This document shows, one piece after another, positions 41,144-55,562 of a stretch of 64,000 nucleotides of DNA (the first letter of the stretch is position 1; every line of letters starts with the position of its first letter). This stretch comes from Octopus vulgaris (lineage: Eukaryota). The stretch covers positions 34,348,001 to 34,412,000 of the forward strand of contig OX597828.1 of NCBI GenBank assembly GCA_951406725.2, read 5' to 3'. The notes below the pieces were generated by a model. It saw nothing but the letters and a program-made list of their open reading frames with translations. It ran no database searches and was not told the origin of the DNA. The position numbers and the translations under genes are program-made.

Positions 41144-41971
41144 ATCAAAATATGTGTAGTTAGCTGGTAGAATTTCAATTGCTTTTGTTAGAAAGATGAT
41201 TATCATAACTTACTCTATTGATTGATCAACGATTTTGGACGGATCAATGAATCGATGCTCACACATACACACACACACGATACACGCACACAGCTCTCTC
41301 TCTTTCTCTCCCTCTTTCTCTCTCTCTCTCTCTCTCAAACACACTCAGTTAAATTAGCAGATCTAATTAAAAATGTAATGATATCTAAGTATAACTAGAA
41401 GCATACACAGCCGATACTATATTCGTCGACCTGACATACGACATAGCGCTCTGCTTCTTATCACATGACAATGACGTTGCCATAGAATAATTTTATTATT
41501 GTATCACACCCTTGTTAGTTTTATTGCGTCGTTGCTAATCTATATGATTATTACATGATAATATAATTATAGATCTAGGATTATGTTAAGTCTTAGGTCA
41601 AACACCTCGAGTATGAACCAAGCCAGTGTGTAGCCTTGATATTATGCGTAACGAGTTCGTTTCGCAATCAGCTATTTCTGTTTCGATGCTACAACGCACA
41701 AACTCGGGCAAGTATCTTCAAAGGTAACCTGTGCTGGACCGTTAGGGTTTTCGGTCATCATGGCATATGAACGCACTGCTTTATCTACGAAACTTTTGTG
41801 GATCCAGACTCAGCGTACAAACCAACAAATCACCAATTTACATACAGCCTCCTACACTGGGCTGTTGAGAGATAGCGTGCTTTGGTCAAGCACAGTGCTG
41901 GAGTAGTGGGTCTGCTTTAGCGAGCAGTTTACCGCAGTATCCATAGCCTACGCTGTAAAATGACCAGTTCT

Positions 41972-42270
41972 GGGTTAGAGTAAGGGTATAGGATTAGGGG
42001 TTAGAGCGACCGTTAAGGCTCAGAGTTAGCGTTAGGCTTAAGTTTAGGGTTAGTGTTATGATGTTGGGTTATGATTTAGGGTCATGGTTAGGGTTAAGGC
42101 TATGGTTAAGAGTTAGGGTTAGAATTAATGTTAGGGCTTGACTTTAGGGTTAGCATTAGGGTTAAGGCTAAGGTTTAGGGTTAGAGTTGAGGTTTAGGGT
42201 TAGAGTTAAGTTTTAAGGTTAGGGTTAAGTTAGGATTTAGGATTAGAGGTAAGATTAGGTTCTAGGGTTA
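41972..42270 (+). repeat. Degenerate interstitial telomere-like (TTAGGG)n array
   Basis: About 300 bp of 6-bp periodic TTAGGG/TTAAGG/TTAGAG units. Confidence 0.8.
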
Positions 42271-42712
42271 GACTAGACGCTAATGTGTAAATAACCAAGT
42301 TGACTGCACACCAAAGTGGCACTGCTTGAGCTCCGGTTGGTTATATCTGAAATCAATGCATTAAATCAATGAACCACATATCTATTCGACTTATATCTCG
42401 AAGCAGTGGAATGGTGAGACTTCAAATGCGTTGGTCACAGATACAGCTTCGTGTTAGTAACATATACGAATATCTCGTTCCATAAATCACCGACTTACCT
42501 TCTCGATTCGGCCGGGCTTGGTAATTCATTAATTATTTACCAAGTCGCAAATGACCAAGAAAAATATAGTTTAAAGCTTCATCTGGAAGGACATTCCAAT
42601 TTACCTTCAACGAGTTTTTATATGGTGGTGGATGTGGAGGTGGTGACGTAAGGTACATTATGTAAATGGTGGCGTGCTAATGCCATCAGTGTATGTGAGA
42701 AAGAGAGATAAT

Positions 42713-42751
<39 letters not shown>

Positions 42752-42860
42752 TGACAGAGTTAGATAATAAGTGAGAGAGAAAGAGAAAGAGAGACAGAGA
42801 CAGACAGACAGGGAAATCGTGTAAGCAAGAAGTTATGAGAGAAAGAGAGAGAGAGAGAGA

Positions 42861-42897
<37 letters not shown>

Positions 42898-43562
42898 CGA
42901 GAATATATGTGTGTGTATGTTTGTGTGTGTATTGTGTATGTGAGCGTGCGTGTGTGTATGTGTGTGCGTGTGTGTGCGTGCGTGCGCGTATGTGTGCAGC
43001 GTTGCGTGAATAGAGTTATTGTATGGTGTTTGGGGATTTGGTATAGTTGCAAGGGTGGTGGTGGTGGTGTTGGAAGTGAGCCGTTTCTTAATTGAACAAC
43101 GCCAACAATCAACGCAGAAATCAATAAAAGTGGTTTCCAGAGAAAAAACAAAAATGGCGAAAAACCGTAAAAAAAAAAAAAATCCAAAACAAAAAAAGAA
43201 CCCCAAAATATTTCGACACAATAAAAAGGAAATTACGACACGATATTAATGTGATTGCTTTGTTTTGTCTAATGTGATTGCTTTGTTTCGTCTATCTGTT
43301 GGTGCGTCGGAAGGAAAAGTTGAGGCATTCGATGATCTGATATTAGAATTTGAGGGCTGTCGGGGATAGGTAAGGAGATGGGGATTATTTAAATTCTATC
43401 TTTCTTTTGGAGCGTCTGTTTATTTGTCCGTCTGTCTGTCTGTATGTATGTCTGTCTGCTTGTCTGTCTGACTGTATACATGTACATGTGTGACTATATA
43501 CATGTACATGTGTGAATGTGTGTGTGTCTGTTTGTAAGCGTCTGTACGTACGTATATGTGCA

Positions 43563-43606
<44 letters not shown>

Positions 43607-43662
43607 AATTTATATGCAGCATACATAAGCCTAAGCAAACAAGCATATAATTATGTGTATGC

Positions 43663-43726
<64 letters not shown>

Positions 43727-43838
43727 GTATATATATATATGTATATACACATATATATATATATATACATACATGTATATATATATATCTATATATATAT
43801 ATATGTATATATATATAGATACAAACACACTCACACAC

Positions 43839-43871
<33 letters not shown>

Positions 43872-43967
43872 TATATGTATATATAAATGTCTACATCCAT
43901 ACGTACATTTATATACATACATACATAATACATATTTGTATATGTATATACAAATATATAAATATGA

Positions 43968-44020
<53 letters not shown>

Positions 44021-44147
44021 AATGAGGTAATCAGATCGGATGGTTCATATTTATAGATATTTATTTATATATTACATTTTTTACATATATATCATATCAT
44101 TCAGATCATATCATTCGGATTAGCGCTTTCTCCCAATCGAGTGGGCT

Positions 44148-44219
<72 letters not shown>

Positions 44220-44477
44220 ACACACTCACATATATATATATATATATGTACATGCATATATGGGTACAAACAGTAAACAACATGAAATATGAAAATAAAT
44301 GAGTTCAATAGGCAAACAATGAGAGAAACAAATGGAAAACAGGACAGTGGAGCGAATAAAAACAAGCATGGAGGATCGTTAGACCAGAACGAGGGTAAAA
44401 CAGCGAACGCTGGAGAAATACTTTCTTTGACTAGAGAAAAGATAGAAGGGAAGTTTACTGTTTGTGACGTCTTGTAC

Positions 44478-44573
<96 letters not shown>

Positions 44574-44640
44574 GCATATATATATTATATATATATATTA
44601 TTTATATTATTATTTGATTGAACGCCACGCATCCATTTCC

Positions 44641-44698
<58 letters not shown>

Positions 44699-45513
44699 AC
44701 AAAGGGTAAAATTAATTAATTAAGAAGTAATCAATAAATTTCACCAAGTAGAATTCGGTATGAAAACAGAAAATTTTAGTAATACTAATAAAAAGGGTTC
44801 AGCAAAGAATTGCCTCACCCTTTTTATTAGTATATATATATATATGTACATATGTGAATGCGTATGCATACCTACACACACACACACACACACACACACA
44901 ACTGAGACAGACACACACTCACCGTCGTACACACACACACATATGTACACACACAGAGGCATACATATACGCGTGCACGTGTATATCCAGCAATGGTAAT
45001 TATACTATATCATTACCATTTTAGATTCTTAGATTTGAAAAAACCGCCAACAACAAGGAAGAGCGGCGGTCGGAGTGTGGAGAAAAAAAAAAGGGAAAAT
45101 ATCGACTTATTTTCCGGTTTATCACACACTATCTCTTTAAATTTTTTTCTCTCAGTCTCACATACACTCGTACGCAATCACAAACACACACACACACACA
45201 CACATTATGTCTCACTCCTTTTATCTTGCTTCTCTCCATATCTCTCTCTCTCTCTTTGATTTCTACATTCTTCTATTTTCTTTTCTTTTTTTTCAATTCT
45301 CTCGAATTTTCTTGTTTCGTGTTAGCTGCTAGTCGTCTTCCTGACCTACCTACTTACCAACAAACCCACCGGCTATACATACATAAATACATACATACAT
45401 ACATACATACATACATACATACATACATACATACATACATGCATGCATACATACATACATACATACATACATACATACATACATTGTTGCGTCTTTTGCT
45501 TTCTGTAAACTTG

Positions 45514-45624
<111 letters not shown>

Positions 45625-45993
45625 TATGTGGGCACCGGACGTCACGAAAAGTGTACAACCGAAAATACGAAGCACAAGTACATGGAACATGAACTATTCT
45701 TTCGAACAACGAAAGACACAACTGGAAAACAAAACGAACAACGTAAAGAACGACCCTTCATCAGTTGTTGGCCTGCTTTTCTAGTCTCGTATTTCGAGCA
45801 TTTAACACACGTATATTGTTGTTAAATGCTCAAAATACGAGACTAGAAAACACTGATGAAGGGTCACTATTTAAGTTGTTTGTTTCGTTTTCCATTAGTG
45901 TCTTTCGTTGTTCGAAAGAATAGTTCATGTTCCATGTACTCGTGCTTCGTATTTTTTTGTTGTACACGTTCCGTGACATCATGTGTCCACATA

Positions 45994-46048
<55 letters not shown>

Positions 46049-46114
46049 TATATATATCTATAGATAGAAGTATGTACATATACGTATGTGTATATGCATA
46101 TATATATTATTTAT

Positions 46115-46151
<37 letters not shown>

Positions 46152-46488
46152 ATATATATACATTAATACGTATATATATCTATATATATGCATATATACA
46201 TTAATACGTATATATATATAAATCTATATATACATATATATATGTGCATATATATACATGTATGTACATATATCTATCTATATCCATATCTATCTATCTA
46301 TATTTCTATTTATCTGTCTATCTATCTGACTCTCTGTATACAAGTACACATACAGACTTACAAAGTTACACATGCATATATACATATATGCATACATGCA
46401 TATATATATACATTTAGATATATACATATATATAAATATATGAAATATATGCATTTACATATATATGCATATATTTACATATACATAC

Positions 46489-46534
<46 letters not shown>

Positions 46535-46959
46535 TATATATGTATACATATATATATATACCTATATACCTATATAAATATATATACATATACACACGTA
46601 TATATTCATATATATATATATGTATACTCATACATGTGTGTGTGTGCATTATATAAGGTACATGGACATGGTGCTTGAAAAGTAGGACTGTGTTCTACTT
46701 TTGTATTTCTTTATGAACCTTCTTTCGTTTTGAGTTTCTTGTATTATTCGCAGGGTTTATTTTTTGTGGTGGGGGTGGGAAACAAGAAAGTTTCCAGGTC
46801 TTTTTTGAATTTTACATTGCAAAGAAAACTGCAAAGAACTTATAAACAAATATAAGAACTTAAAAATAAAATAAAATGGCGCATTTGTAACATCGCCGAA
46901 TTTTCAATACTTGTTTATTAAAATAACCTACTGACTCACCAAATGTGTATAGACGCACG

Positions 46960-47013
<54 letters not shown>

Positions 47014-47266
47014 CACACACACACACGCACGCACACTCACAGAGAGAGAGAAAGAGAGAGAGAAACATATATTGTATGTATATATGTATATCTGTACATT
47101 TGTATGTATTGTATATATACACAAACACATATATAAAGACATACATACATGTATGCATGCATGCATACAAACACATTCATACACATACACACATATATAT
47201 GACTATGACCTCCATCTCAAAACAAGTCTGTTTACTAATGCTAAATCCAAAGATATCACGCTATAT

Positions 47267-47308
<42 letters not shown>

Positions 47309-47356
47309 AAACAAGTCAAAATAGAAAATGCTAAAATAATTTTATAAAGAACATTT

Positions 47357-47394
47357 CAGTACCGGTTTCGGTCATTTTGAGACCTTTCCAACTG
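47357..47394 (-). ncRNA. Minimal hammerhead-like motif (UUGGAAA core, one change from UUGAAAA)
   Basis: Minus strand: CAG TTGGAAA GGTC TCAAAAT GACC GAAA CCGG TA CTG. Confidence 0.6.
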
Positions 47395-47522
47395 TAACGA
47401 TTAAATAATTAAATTTAGAAAAATTAAAAGAAAAGTTTTTTTAAAGGAATATTTGTATAGTGTTCAAATATAAGTGGCATTCTGCCTTTCTCTGTCTCCC
47501 TTGTTTGCACTTGTGTGATATG

Positions 47523-47571
<49 letters not shown>

Positions 47572-48523
47572 TTATAAATATACATATTAGCATATAGGAA
47601 TCCATCTAATGGTCATTCCTCATATATGTATATATACATATTTATGTATATATATATATATATATATATATTATGATATGTAGAAAATTACAAACTGAGA
47701 CAAGACCGCATAAGAACTTAGAAGACGATACAACAAACACAGACAGGACATTCGAAGCCCTCAGTCTTCAGTCAAGAACCGGATCATCGTGGTAATTTCG
47801 GCTGATTAATCTTGAGATTACTAGAACCGGCCAGCCCTCCAGGAGAAACTAAGCAACGAGCATTAGAAAAACTAAGCTAGGAGCGTAGATTTCCTGGAAG
47901 AAGGATCGAATGCATACGAACACAAAGACAGCAAAAAGGACGGTGCCACACGAATATAAAAAACAAAAAACAATAATGAAAACAAAAACGTGGAATACAA
48001 AAGCAATAACGGTAAAAACAGCAAGTGTCTTACGACTAATAACAGTGCAAACAGGTCTGGCTGGCGTATTTTGGAAAAATTGCCTTAGCGGCGAATTGCC
48101 TTAGCGGCGAACGAGGAACGATGTTATCACGGCGCTGGTCAGAGGCCGAAAGGCAGATTTTGGCCAGCAGTCACGTGACAGAGAAGAGAGAAAAGAAGGA
48201 AGAGAGAGAGAAGAGGGACGAAAGCAACAAGGGGGGAGAATAGAGAGAAAGAAGGAATTAGAGAGGGTAGAAGGGATGGGTGTCAAAGATTGACCTGTGA
48301 GTGCAAAGGAAGACAAAGAAATGGAAGGGTAGGGGAAGAGTAGACCAAAGAATCAGAGGCAAGAGAAGAGAAAAAGAGGGATGAGTAGAGAGAAAAGAGA
48401 GAGAAGGGGACAGATCAACGTAGAATGCGAAGTAAATGTAAGAGAGAGAGAGACAAACAAACAGAGTGTAGAGTCGTACCAAATTTACAAGATTATGTGC
48501 TCACATAAGTGTTAAGGAATATA

Positions 48524-49332
48524 CAGTCAACTCTCGCTACTATGCCAGTTTTGCGCGGTCCCGGCCAAATAATAAACAAAAAAGTTTTACTATGCCACCC
48601 TCAACTCTCGCTACTATGCCACATGTAAACTGAAGCGCACGCAACTTTTCGAGATTTTGTACTCCTACATTTTGTACATTTCGTATTTGTAATCTTGTGG
48701 AAAAGTTCAGAAAGTAGCACACAATGTCAGCTCAGAAACGCAAGCGGACTGAGTTTACGCTGAAGGAAAAGAAGGAGATTATCGATGCTGCGAAAAACGT
48801 TATTGTCGGGCCCCTCGTATCATTAGTAATATCTGATACAAGTTACCGCCCCTTGTATTGTCCGACATGTTTCACTCTAGAAGAAATAGCAAACGAGGCA
48901 TAACGAAGAGCCGGTGGATAGTGAAGACGACCAAGTAATTGTGGAAGAGGAATACATTTCGTTTGCAGATGCCCAGAGAGCATGGAGCTCTATCCGAAAG
49001 TTTATGCAGCAGCAGAGCAGCGGAAAACCAAGCGTCATGCAGGCGTGTGATAGGCTAGACAACGAAATGAATGAAATCCGCCGAAAGAAGATGCGTCAGC
49101 CGATAATTTTTGAGAGCTTGGGGATTAACTAAAAGCAATCTGAACTTAATAAACTTGGATGTCTTCTTTTTACCATTGCATTGAACTTCTTATTGGCCTT
49201 ACTTCCTACCCTATGAACTTTTATTCGTATGTTCAGTAAATTTTTGGTTATGTAGTGTTTAGATAACAGACCCTCGGTACTATGCCACTTTGGCTCAGTC
49301 CCGCAGGGTCGCATAGTAGCGAGAGTTGACTA
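48524..49332 (+). mobile_element. pogo/Tigger internal-deletion derivative
   Basis: TIRs TA|CAGTCAACTCTCGCTACTATGC and GCATAGTAGCGAGAGTTGACT; MSAQKRKRTEFTLKEKKEIIDAAK (CENP-B-like HTH start) at 48724 joined to an acidic C-terminal remnant (48914-49132). Confidence 0.88.
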
Positions 49333-49569
49333 TGTATGTATGTATGTATGTATGTATGTATGTATGTATGTATGTATGTATATATATATAGTTATATAAA
49401 TATATATGTATATATATATATATATACGTGTATATGTATATATGCATATATATATACACTAGAATGATGAAAGTGTTCACAGTTCATATCTTATCAACAG
49501 CTATAAATATGCCTGTGTTTATATATATATATATCATCATATATATATATATATGAGTGTGTGTGTATG

Positions 49570-49609
<40 letters not shown>

Positions 49610-49641
49610 TGTATGTATATATGTATGTGTGTATATATATG

Positions 49642-49691
<50 letters not shown>

Positions 49692-49838
49692 TGTATGTAT
49701 ATATGTATGTGTATGTGTATATATATATATATATATATATGATTGATTGATTGATTGATTTGATTTGATTCTAGTTTCAGCTCATGAGCTGTGGCCATGC
49801 TGGGGCACCGCCATTTGGTGTTGCTACATGGTTTTACT

Positions 49839-52835
49839 TCACGAAAGCTTTTTAGCAACTGCCATTTGGTGCATGAGAGAGTTCGATGCAGCTGCCCTCA
49901 TCTGCACCTCCTGCCGTGAAGTTGGTTCATCTGGGATACCTGACAGGAAGAGATCCAGTTTCATTTTAAAGACATCTGCATCCACCCCATGCAGGTCTCT
50001 TAGGTTCTTCGGGAGGATATTGAAGAGCTGTGGGCCTCGGAAGCCCAGGCTATCACAGTATCTTGTCCTACATCTTGATGGCAAATTTGGAGTCCTAGGC
50101 ACCACGCAGTGGCGCCCAGTTCTGGCATTTGTGTAACTCTCGATGCCAAAGTTTGGGACAAGTCCCTCCAGGATCTTCCAGATGTATATTATGGCATATC
50201 TTTCCCGCCTACGCTCCAAGGAATATAGTTTTAATCTCTTGAGTCTTTCCCAGTAGCTTATATTCTGCATAGAGGCTATCTTCTTCGTGTAGCTACGTTG
50301 GATCGCCTCAAGTTCTGTGATCAACTTGACACTGGATGGTGACCATAACTGAGAGCAATAGTCAAAGTGGCTTAGGACAAGTGTCCTCCAGAGGACCATC
50401 ATGGTTTCTTGTTCTCTTGTTCTAAAGGTTCTGAGAATCCATCCGGCCAGTCGTCTACATTTCATTGCCAATTTAGCAACATGTACACGAAAGGTTGCAT
50501 CATCACTCATGTAAATACCCAGGTCACGCACTGATTGTGCCTCTGGGATTGCAATTCCTCCGGGTCCAGTGTATTCATTGGGTATTGCATTTAGTTTTGC
50601 ATGCTGATAGTATAAAGCTTGAAACTTTTCAGCATTGAACTGCATGCTATTCTTTTCAGCCCACTTGTATATTTTGTCCAGCTCACATTGCAGGCGTTTA
50701 GTGTCCTCAGGGTTCTGTATTGCCTGTGAAACTTTTGTATCATCTGCATAACTTGTGATCGTGGCTCTCTGCGTGGCTGAGGGCATGTCTGAGAGGGCCA
50801 TTATGAACAGTAGTGGTCCCAAGACAGTGCCCTGCGGAACACCGCTCACTATTTGCGTGTTAATGGAAGTGGCCCCATTGGCTACTACCACCTGACTTCT
50901 ATCTTTCAGAAAGTCATGAAGCCATTCTCCCAGTTTTCCAACTATATTGAGATCACGCAGTTTGTGACATATCGTTCCATGATCGACTTTATCAAAGGCC
51001 TTTGCAAAGTCGAGATATATCACTTCCACATTTGAGTGGTTGAGCAGTCGTTTCAGCACCCAGTCATAGTGTTGTAGGAGCTGAGTTAAACAGCTTCTCC
51101 CTGGTCGGAAACCATGTTGGGTGTCGGGCAGCAAGTCATTTTCTTCAAGGAAGGTGATCAGTTTCCTTCTGACTATTCGTTCCATGACCTTGCTGATGTG
51201 TGAGGTCAGAGAGATAGGTCTGTAGTTCTTGGCCTCCGCTCTGCTACCTCCTTTATGAATAGGGCATATTTTACCTTCCTTCAGTTTTCTTGGAAGTTTG
51301 CCAGTTGCAAGGAAGCTCTGAAAGAGGAACTGCAGTGGTCTTGCTATGACTCTCTTACATACTTTTAGGAGGATTGCCGGGAATCCATCGGGGCCAGTAG
51401 CTGAGTCTGTTTTCATTTCATCTATAGCCTTTATTACATCGTCTTCCTTTATATCGATGTAATCTATCGTCGCCGCCTCTGATTTTATATCTGCAGTGGT
51501 AAAGAAGTCAGTTGGATTGGTGATTTGGAAATGCCCAAGGGGTGGAGTGAAAACACTCTTGAATTGCTCATTCAGTATTTCACTTACCCTCATTGGTTTT
51601 CCTGTGAGTGTGCCATCCTTTTCAAGGAGTGGCCCTATCCTACAGTGCACCGTAGCTGTTTCTTTGGCATACCTGTAGAAAGCTCTGGGGTTAGATTTTA
51701 TGTTGTCTATAGCCCAGGCTTCTTTGTCTGCTCTTTCCTTTTCATGGGAGAGTTGCAGACATTTTTCAATTTCCAACAGTTTTATTTTCAGGCGAGACTT
51801 TTCACTGCTTTCAATTTGTTTGTTTAGGCGATTTGAAATTTTTGTACGCCGTCTCATTAAAATTTTCCTCTCTCTAGGGATTTTGTTCTTGTGTACAGTG
51901 GCCTTTCTCTCTGGGACACATTTGTAGCTTATAGCTTGTATTACAGACATGAATTGTTGAAGTTTCACGTCGATGTCTGGCGAGGAGAGACATTCAGGCC
52001 AGTTTTGTTTGAAGATCTCTTTCTCAATTTGTTTCCAGTTTGCCTTATGGTAGTTCAAGCTGGAAAGATTCTGAGGGTTTCTTGTAGGCTGCATGTCCGT
52101 GCTCTCTTTTGGCCCGTACATGGTCAGCTCTACCATGTTGTGATCCTAGAGTAGTGTCGGTGTCACTTTCACATTATGGATGATATCCATATTATTTGTG
52201 AAGCAGAGATCCAGTGTGTTACCTGCCCTGGTTGGTTGGAGTATTACTTGCTCCATGTACAGGGTGTTGATGAGGTTCAGGAGGGACCTCGCCTGTCCTC
52301 GTTCACATCTTGTCATTCCTGGGAGAGAAAGGCCCTCGGGCCATCTGACATTGGGTAGATTGAAGTCTCCCATAAGAAGTACACTTATGTGTTGTTCTAA
52401 TGTCATTAGAACTTCTTCTATTTTTATAAGGCAGTCTTCAAACTTGCCTACATGGCTTGGGGCATCTGGAGGGCGATATGTAGCACACACAACTACATCA
52501 AGTTGCCTTATATGTACAATTAGTGTGTCACACACCGAGTTTGAGTATGACAAAAGGACCTGGGGTGTGAGGTCCTCACGGATGTACATAGCAACTCCTC
52601 CATGACTCCTTTCTTTTCTGTCGGTCCGTAGTACAACATACTGTGGAATGTGTAATTCCGCATCTGCTATGTCCGGTTTCAGGTGCGTTTCCGTAAGTGC
52701 TATGCATAAGGCTTGATTGCATGCAACAAAGTCTCTCAAGAACGGGATTTTTGTCCTGTTACTGAGTGTTTGCAGTCCTCTGATGTTCAGTAGGAGCATC
52801 GAGGTGAGGTGTATGTTGTTGCCGGCGGTGTCCAT
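49839..52835 (-). pseudogene. LINE ORF2 (APE endonuclease and reverse transcriptase), about 998 codons with one in-frame TAG at 52146-52148
   Basis: LNIRGL, LTETHL, YRPP, MGDFN, LDLCFTN, TPTLL*DHN, YRPISLTS, QHGFR, YLDFAKAFDKV, GVPQGTVLGP, YADD; the ORF-track pieces 52146-52943 and 49839-52136 are in the same frame. Confidence 0.95.
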
Positions 52836-52906
52836 CTTGGGTCTGTTTGCTGTGGTGGTCTTGTATATTGTGGGTAGTCCCACCTGCGAGCTTGGGTTTG
52901 ATGAAG

Positions 52907-53377
52907 CTAGGTCAGCTGCTGTACAATCTTTTGTGCCATGCACAAAAAAGATTCTTGCTCAGTAGCTGCCCTTTCAACAACATCATGTTGGCGGTTTGTG
53001 GCACGCACCACATCTGCGTACCTCCGTTTTGGGGCAGGTGGTGCGTGGTCCATCCCTTTTCCTTTTGTTGATGGTTTGTTTCTTATCTGTTTCGTGTCTC
53101 TGCGGCAGGGTCCCCGATGTGCAAAGCGGCAGCCTGCACCTTCCTTTCCATGCCAGCAGGTACCTCTCAGGTAGAACCTACACACCCGTGTGCGCTGTTT
53201 GTTTTCATCCTTTGCGGTTCCACTTCTATTCCTGGCTGTTTCACCCTTTGGTGCTGCTTGAGCTTTTCCTTTAGTTCTTTTAGTCCTTCTTTTAGTTCTT
53301 CCTCCCTCTACTTCTTCCCTGGGTTCTTCGTCTCCATGGTCTTTGTTGCTGGTAGGAGCACTTGCACTTGGGTTCAC
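52907..53377 (-). CDS. LINE ORF1 C-terminal part with CCCH zinc finger
   Basis: CRFYLRGTCWHGKEGAGCRFAH; basic low-complexity protein directly upstream of ORF2; GTG start is probably not the true start. Confidence 0.7.
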   Translation of the reverse strand: MNPSASAPTSNKDHGDEEPREEVEGGRTKRRTKRTKGKAQAAPKGETARNRSGTAKDENKQRTRVCRFYLRGTCWHGKEGAGCRFAHRGPCRRDTKQIRNKPSTKGKGMDHAPPAPKRRYADVVRATNRQHDVVERAATEQESFLCMAQKIVQQLT

Positions 53378-53438
53378 TTCCCACTCAAAACCTCACTCAA
53401 AACCTCTTCCCGGGTGTCCACCAGGTGGGGGTGACTTC

Positions 53439-53491
<53 letters not shown>

Positions 53492-53905
53492 ATTGAGGTA
53501 ATCAGATCAGATGGTTCATATTTGTAGATATTTATTTATATATTACATTTTTTACATATATATCATATCATTCGGATATATATATATATGTATATATATA
53601 GATATATATGTATGTATATATGTATGTGTGTGTATATATGTATGTATATATATATATGCATGTATGTATATATGTATGTATATATATATATATATGCATG
53701 TATGTATATATGTATGTATATATATATATGCATGTATGTATATGTGTATATATATATATATATGCATGTGTGTATATATGTATGTTTATATATATATATA
53801 TATATGCATGTATGTATTTATGTATGTATATGTATATACATATATGCATGTATGTATGTATGTGTATATATATATATATATCTGCATGTATGTATATATA
53901 CATAT

Positions 53906-53943
<38 letters not shown>

Positions 53944-54062
53944 GTGTGTATATATATATATGTATGTATATTTATATATATATGTATGTATATATATATG
54001 TGTGTATATATATATATATATATGTATGTATATATATATATATGTATATATATATATGTATG

Positions 54063-54096
<34 letters not shown>

Positions 54097-54142
54097 TACA
54101 TACATATATATGTATGTATATATATATCTGTATGTATGTATG

Positions 54143-54185
<43 letters not shown>

Positions 54186-54244
54186 GTATGTATGTATGTA
54201 TATATATATATATGTATATATATATGATACAAAAGTTTCACAAA

Positions 54245-54501
<257 letters not shown>

Positions 54502-54577
54502 GTATATATATATATGTATATATATATATGTATGTATATATGTATGTATATATATATATATATATATATAAGAAAAA

Positions 54578-54790
54578 GGGACAGGCAACAGGTTGCTTGA
54601 CCGCATACCGAAAAAGTAGAAATAGCAGTCAAAAATGCTTATTTCTATTTTCCACAAATGGGGCTCCAGGCACGACAAACCTTGTAATTCACATATGCAA
54701 AACATTTGTGGAAAATAGAAATAAGCATTTTTGACTGCTATTTCTACTTTTTCGGTATGCGGTCAAGCAACCTGTTGCCTGTCCCATTTT
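54578..54790. repeat. Fold-back element, about 75-bp arms, between (TA)n tracts
   Basis: GGGACAGGCAACAGGTTGCTTGACCGCATACCGAAAAAGTAGAAATAGCAGTC and its reverse complement. Confidence 0.92.
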
Positions 54791-55295
54791 CATATATACA
54801 ATATATATACTGAACTTCACAGAAGTTCCTGCCGGTAATCGGCTATATTTACATACCGAATTCTACCAGTAAATAATTGTGGTCTTTTTTTAAAAACCAT
54901 TATAGAAATTATTTACCCTTATTATTATATATATATATATGTATATATATATATGTATTTGTATATATATGTATATATATATATGTGTATATATATATAT
55001 GTATGTGTGAATATATATATATATGTATGTATGTATGTGTATATATATATGTATGTATGTATGTGTATATATATATATGTATGTATGTATATATATATAT
55101 GTATGTATATATATATATATGTGTGTATATATATGTATGTGTATATATATATATATGTATGTGTATATATATATATGTGTGTGTGTATGTGTATATATAT
55201 ATGTATGTGTATATATATATATGTGTGTATATATATATATATATGTATGTATGTATATATATATATATGTATGTATGTATATATATATATTTTTG

Positions 55296-55337
<42 letters not shown>

Positions 55338-55528
55338 AGTTAGAGAGTAGACGCCAGTAGTTAACTGGCACTTTACAATAATGACCCCGAAAATATGAGA
55401 AGTAAAGTTCCCCCTCATTGATATTTGAATGAAAACTCGTCATAGTCAGGTTATTTGACATGATAGTCATCAAACAAAAAAATGTGAGTCTGTAAATAAA
55501 TCCCCCAGAAAGGAGAGGTAATGAATTG

Positions 55529-55537
55529 TCTGCTTTT
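55529..55537 (-). terminator. snRNA 3'-box-like element
   Basis: AAAAGCAGA about 26 nt downstream of the U2 3' end, resembling the AAARYAGA part of the metazoan 3' box. Confidence 0.5.
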
Positions 55538-55562
55538 GGATTAATTTTGTCTCCCTAGTGGG

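Larger units (their letters stand above)
49741..53443 (-). mobile_element. CR1-group (L2/Crack-like) LINE, 5'-truncated in ORF1, with (ATCA)n tail, flanked by (TA)n
   Basis: ORF1 remnant, APE, RT, short 3' UTR and GATT-repeat tail in collinear order. Confidence 0.95.

Noticed and set aside
45750-45865. CTGATGAAGGG in both arms of the 45.6-46.0 kb hairpin
   Set aside because: The GAAA lies upstream without a convincing stem III or UH site; HHR topology could not be built
47680-48520. PLE-terminal-repeat-like stretch with GGCTG...CAGCC GAAA and CTGAAGA on the minus strand
   Set aside because: Core and GAAA are not in a valid order or pairing; too degenerate to call
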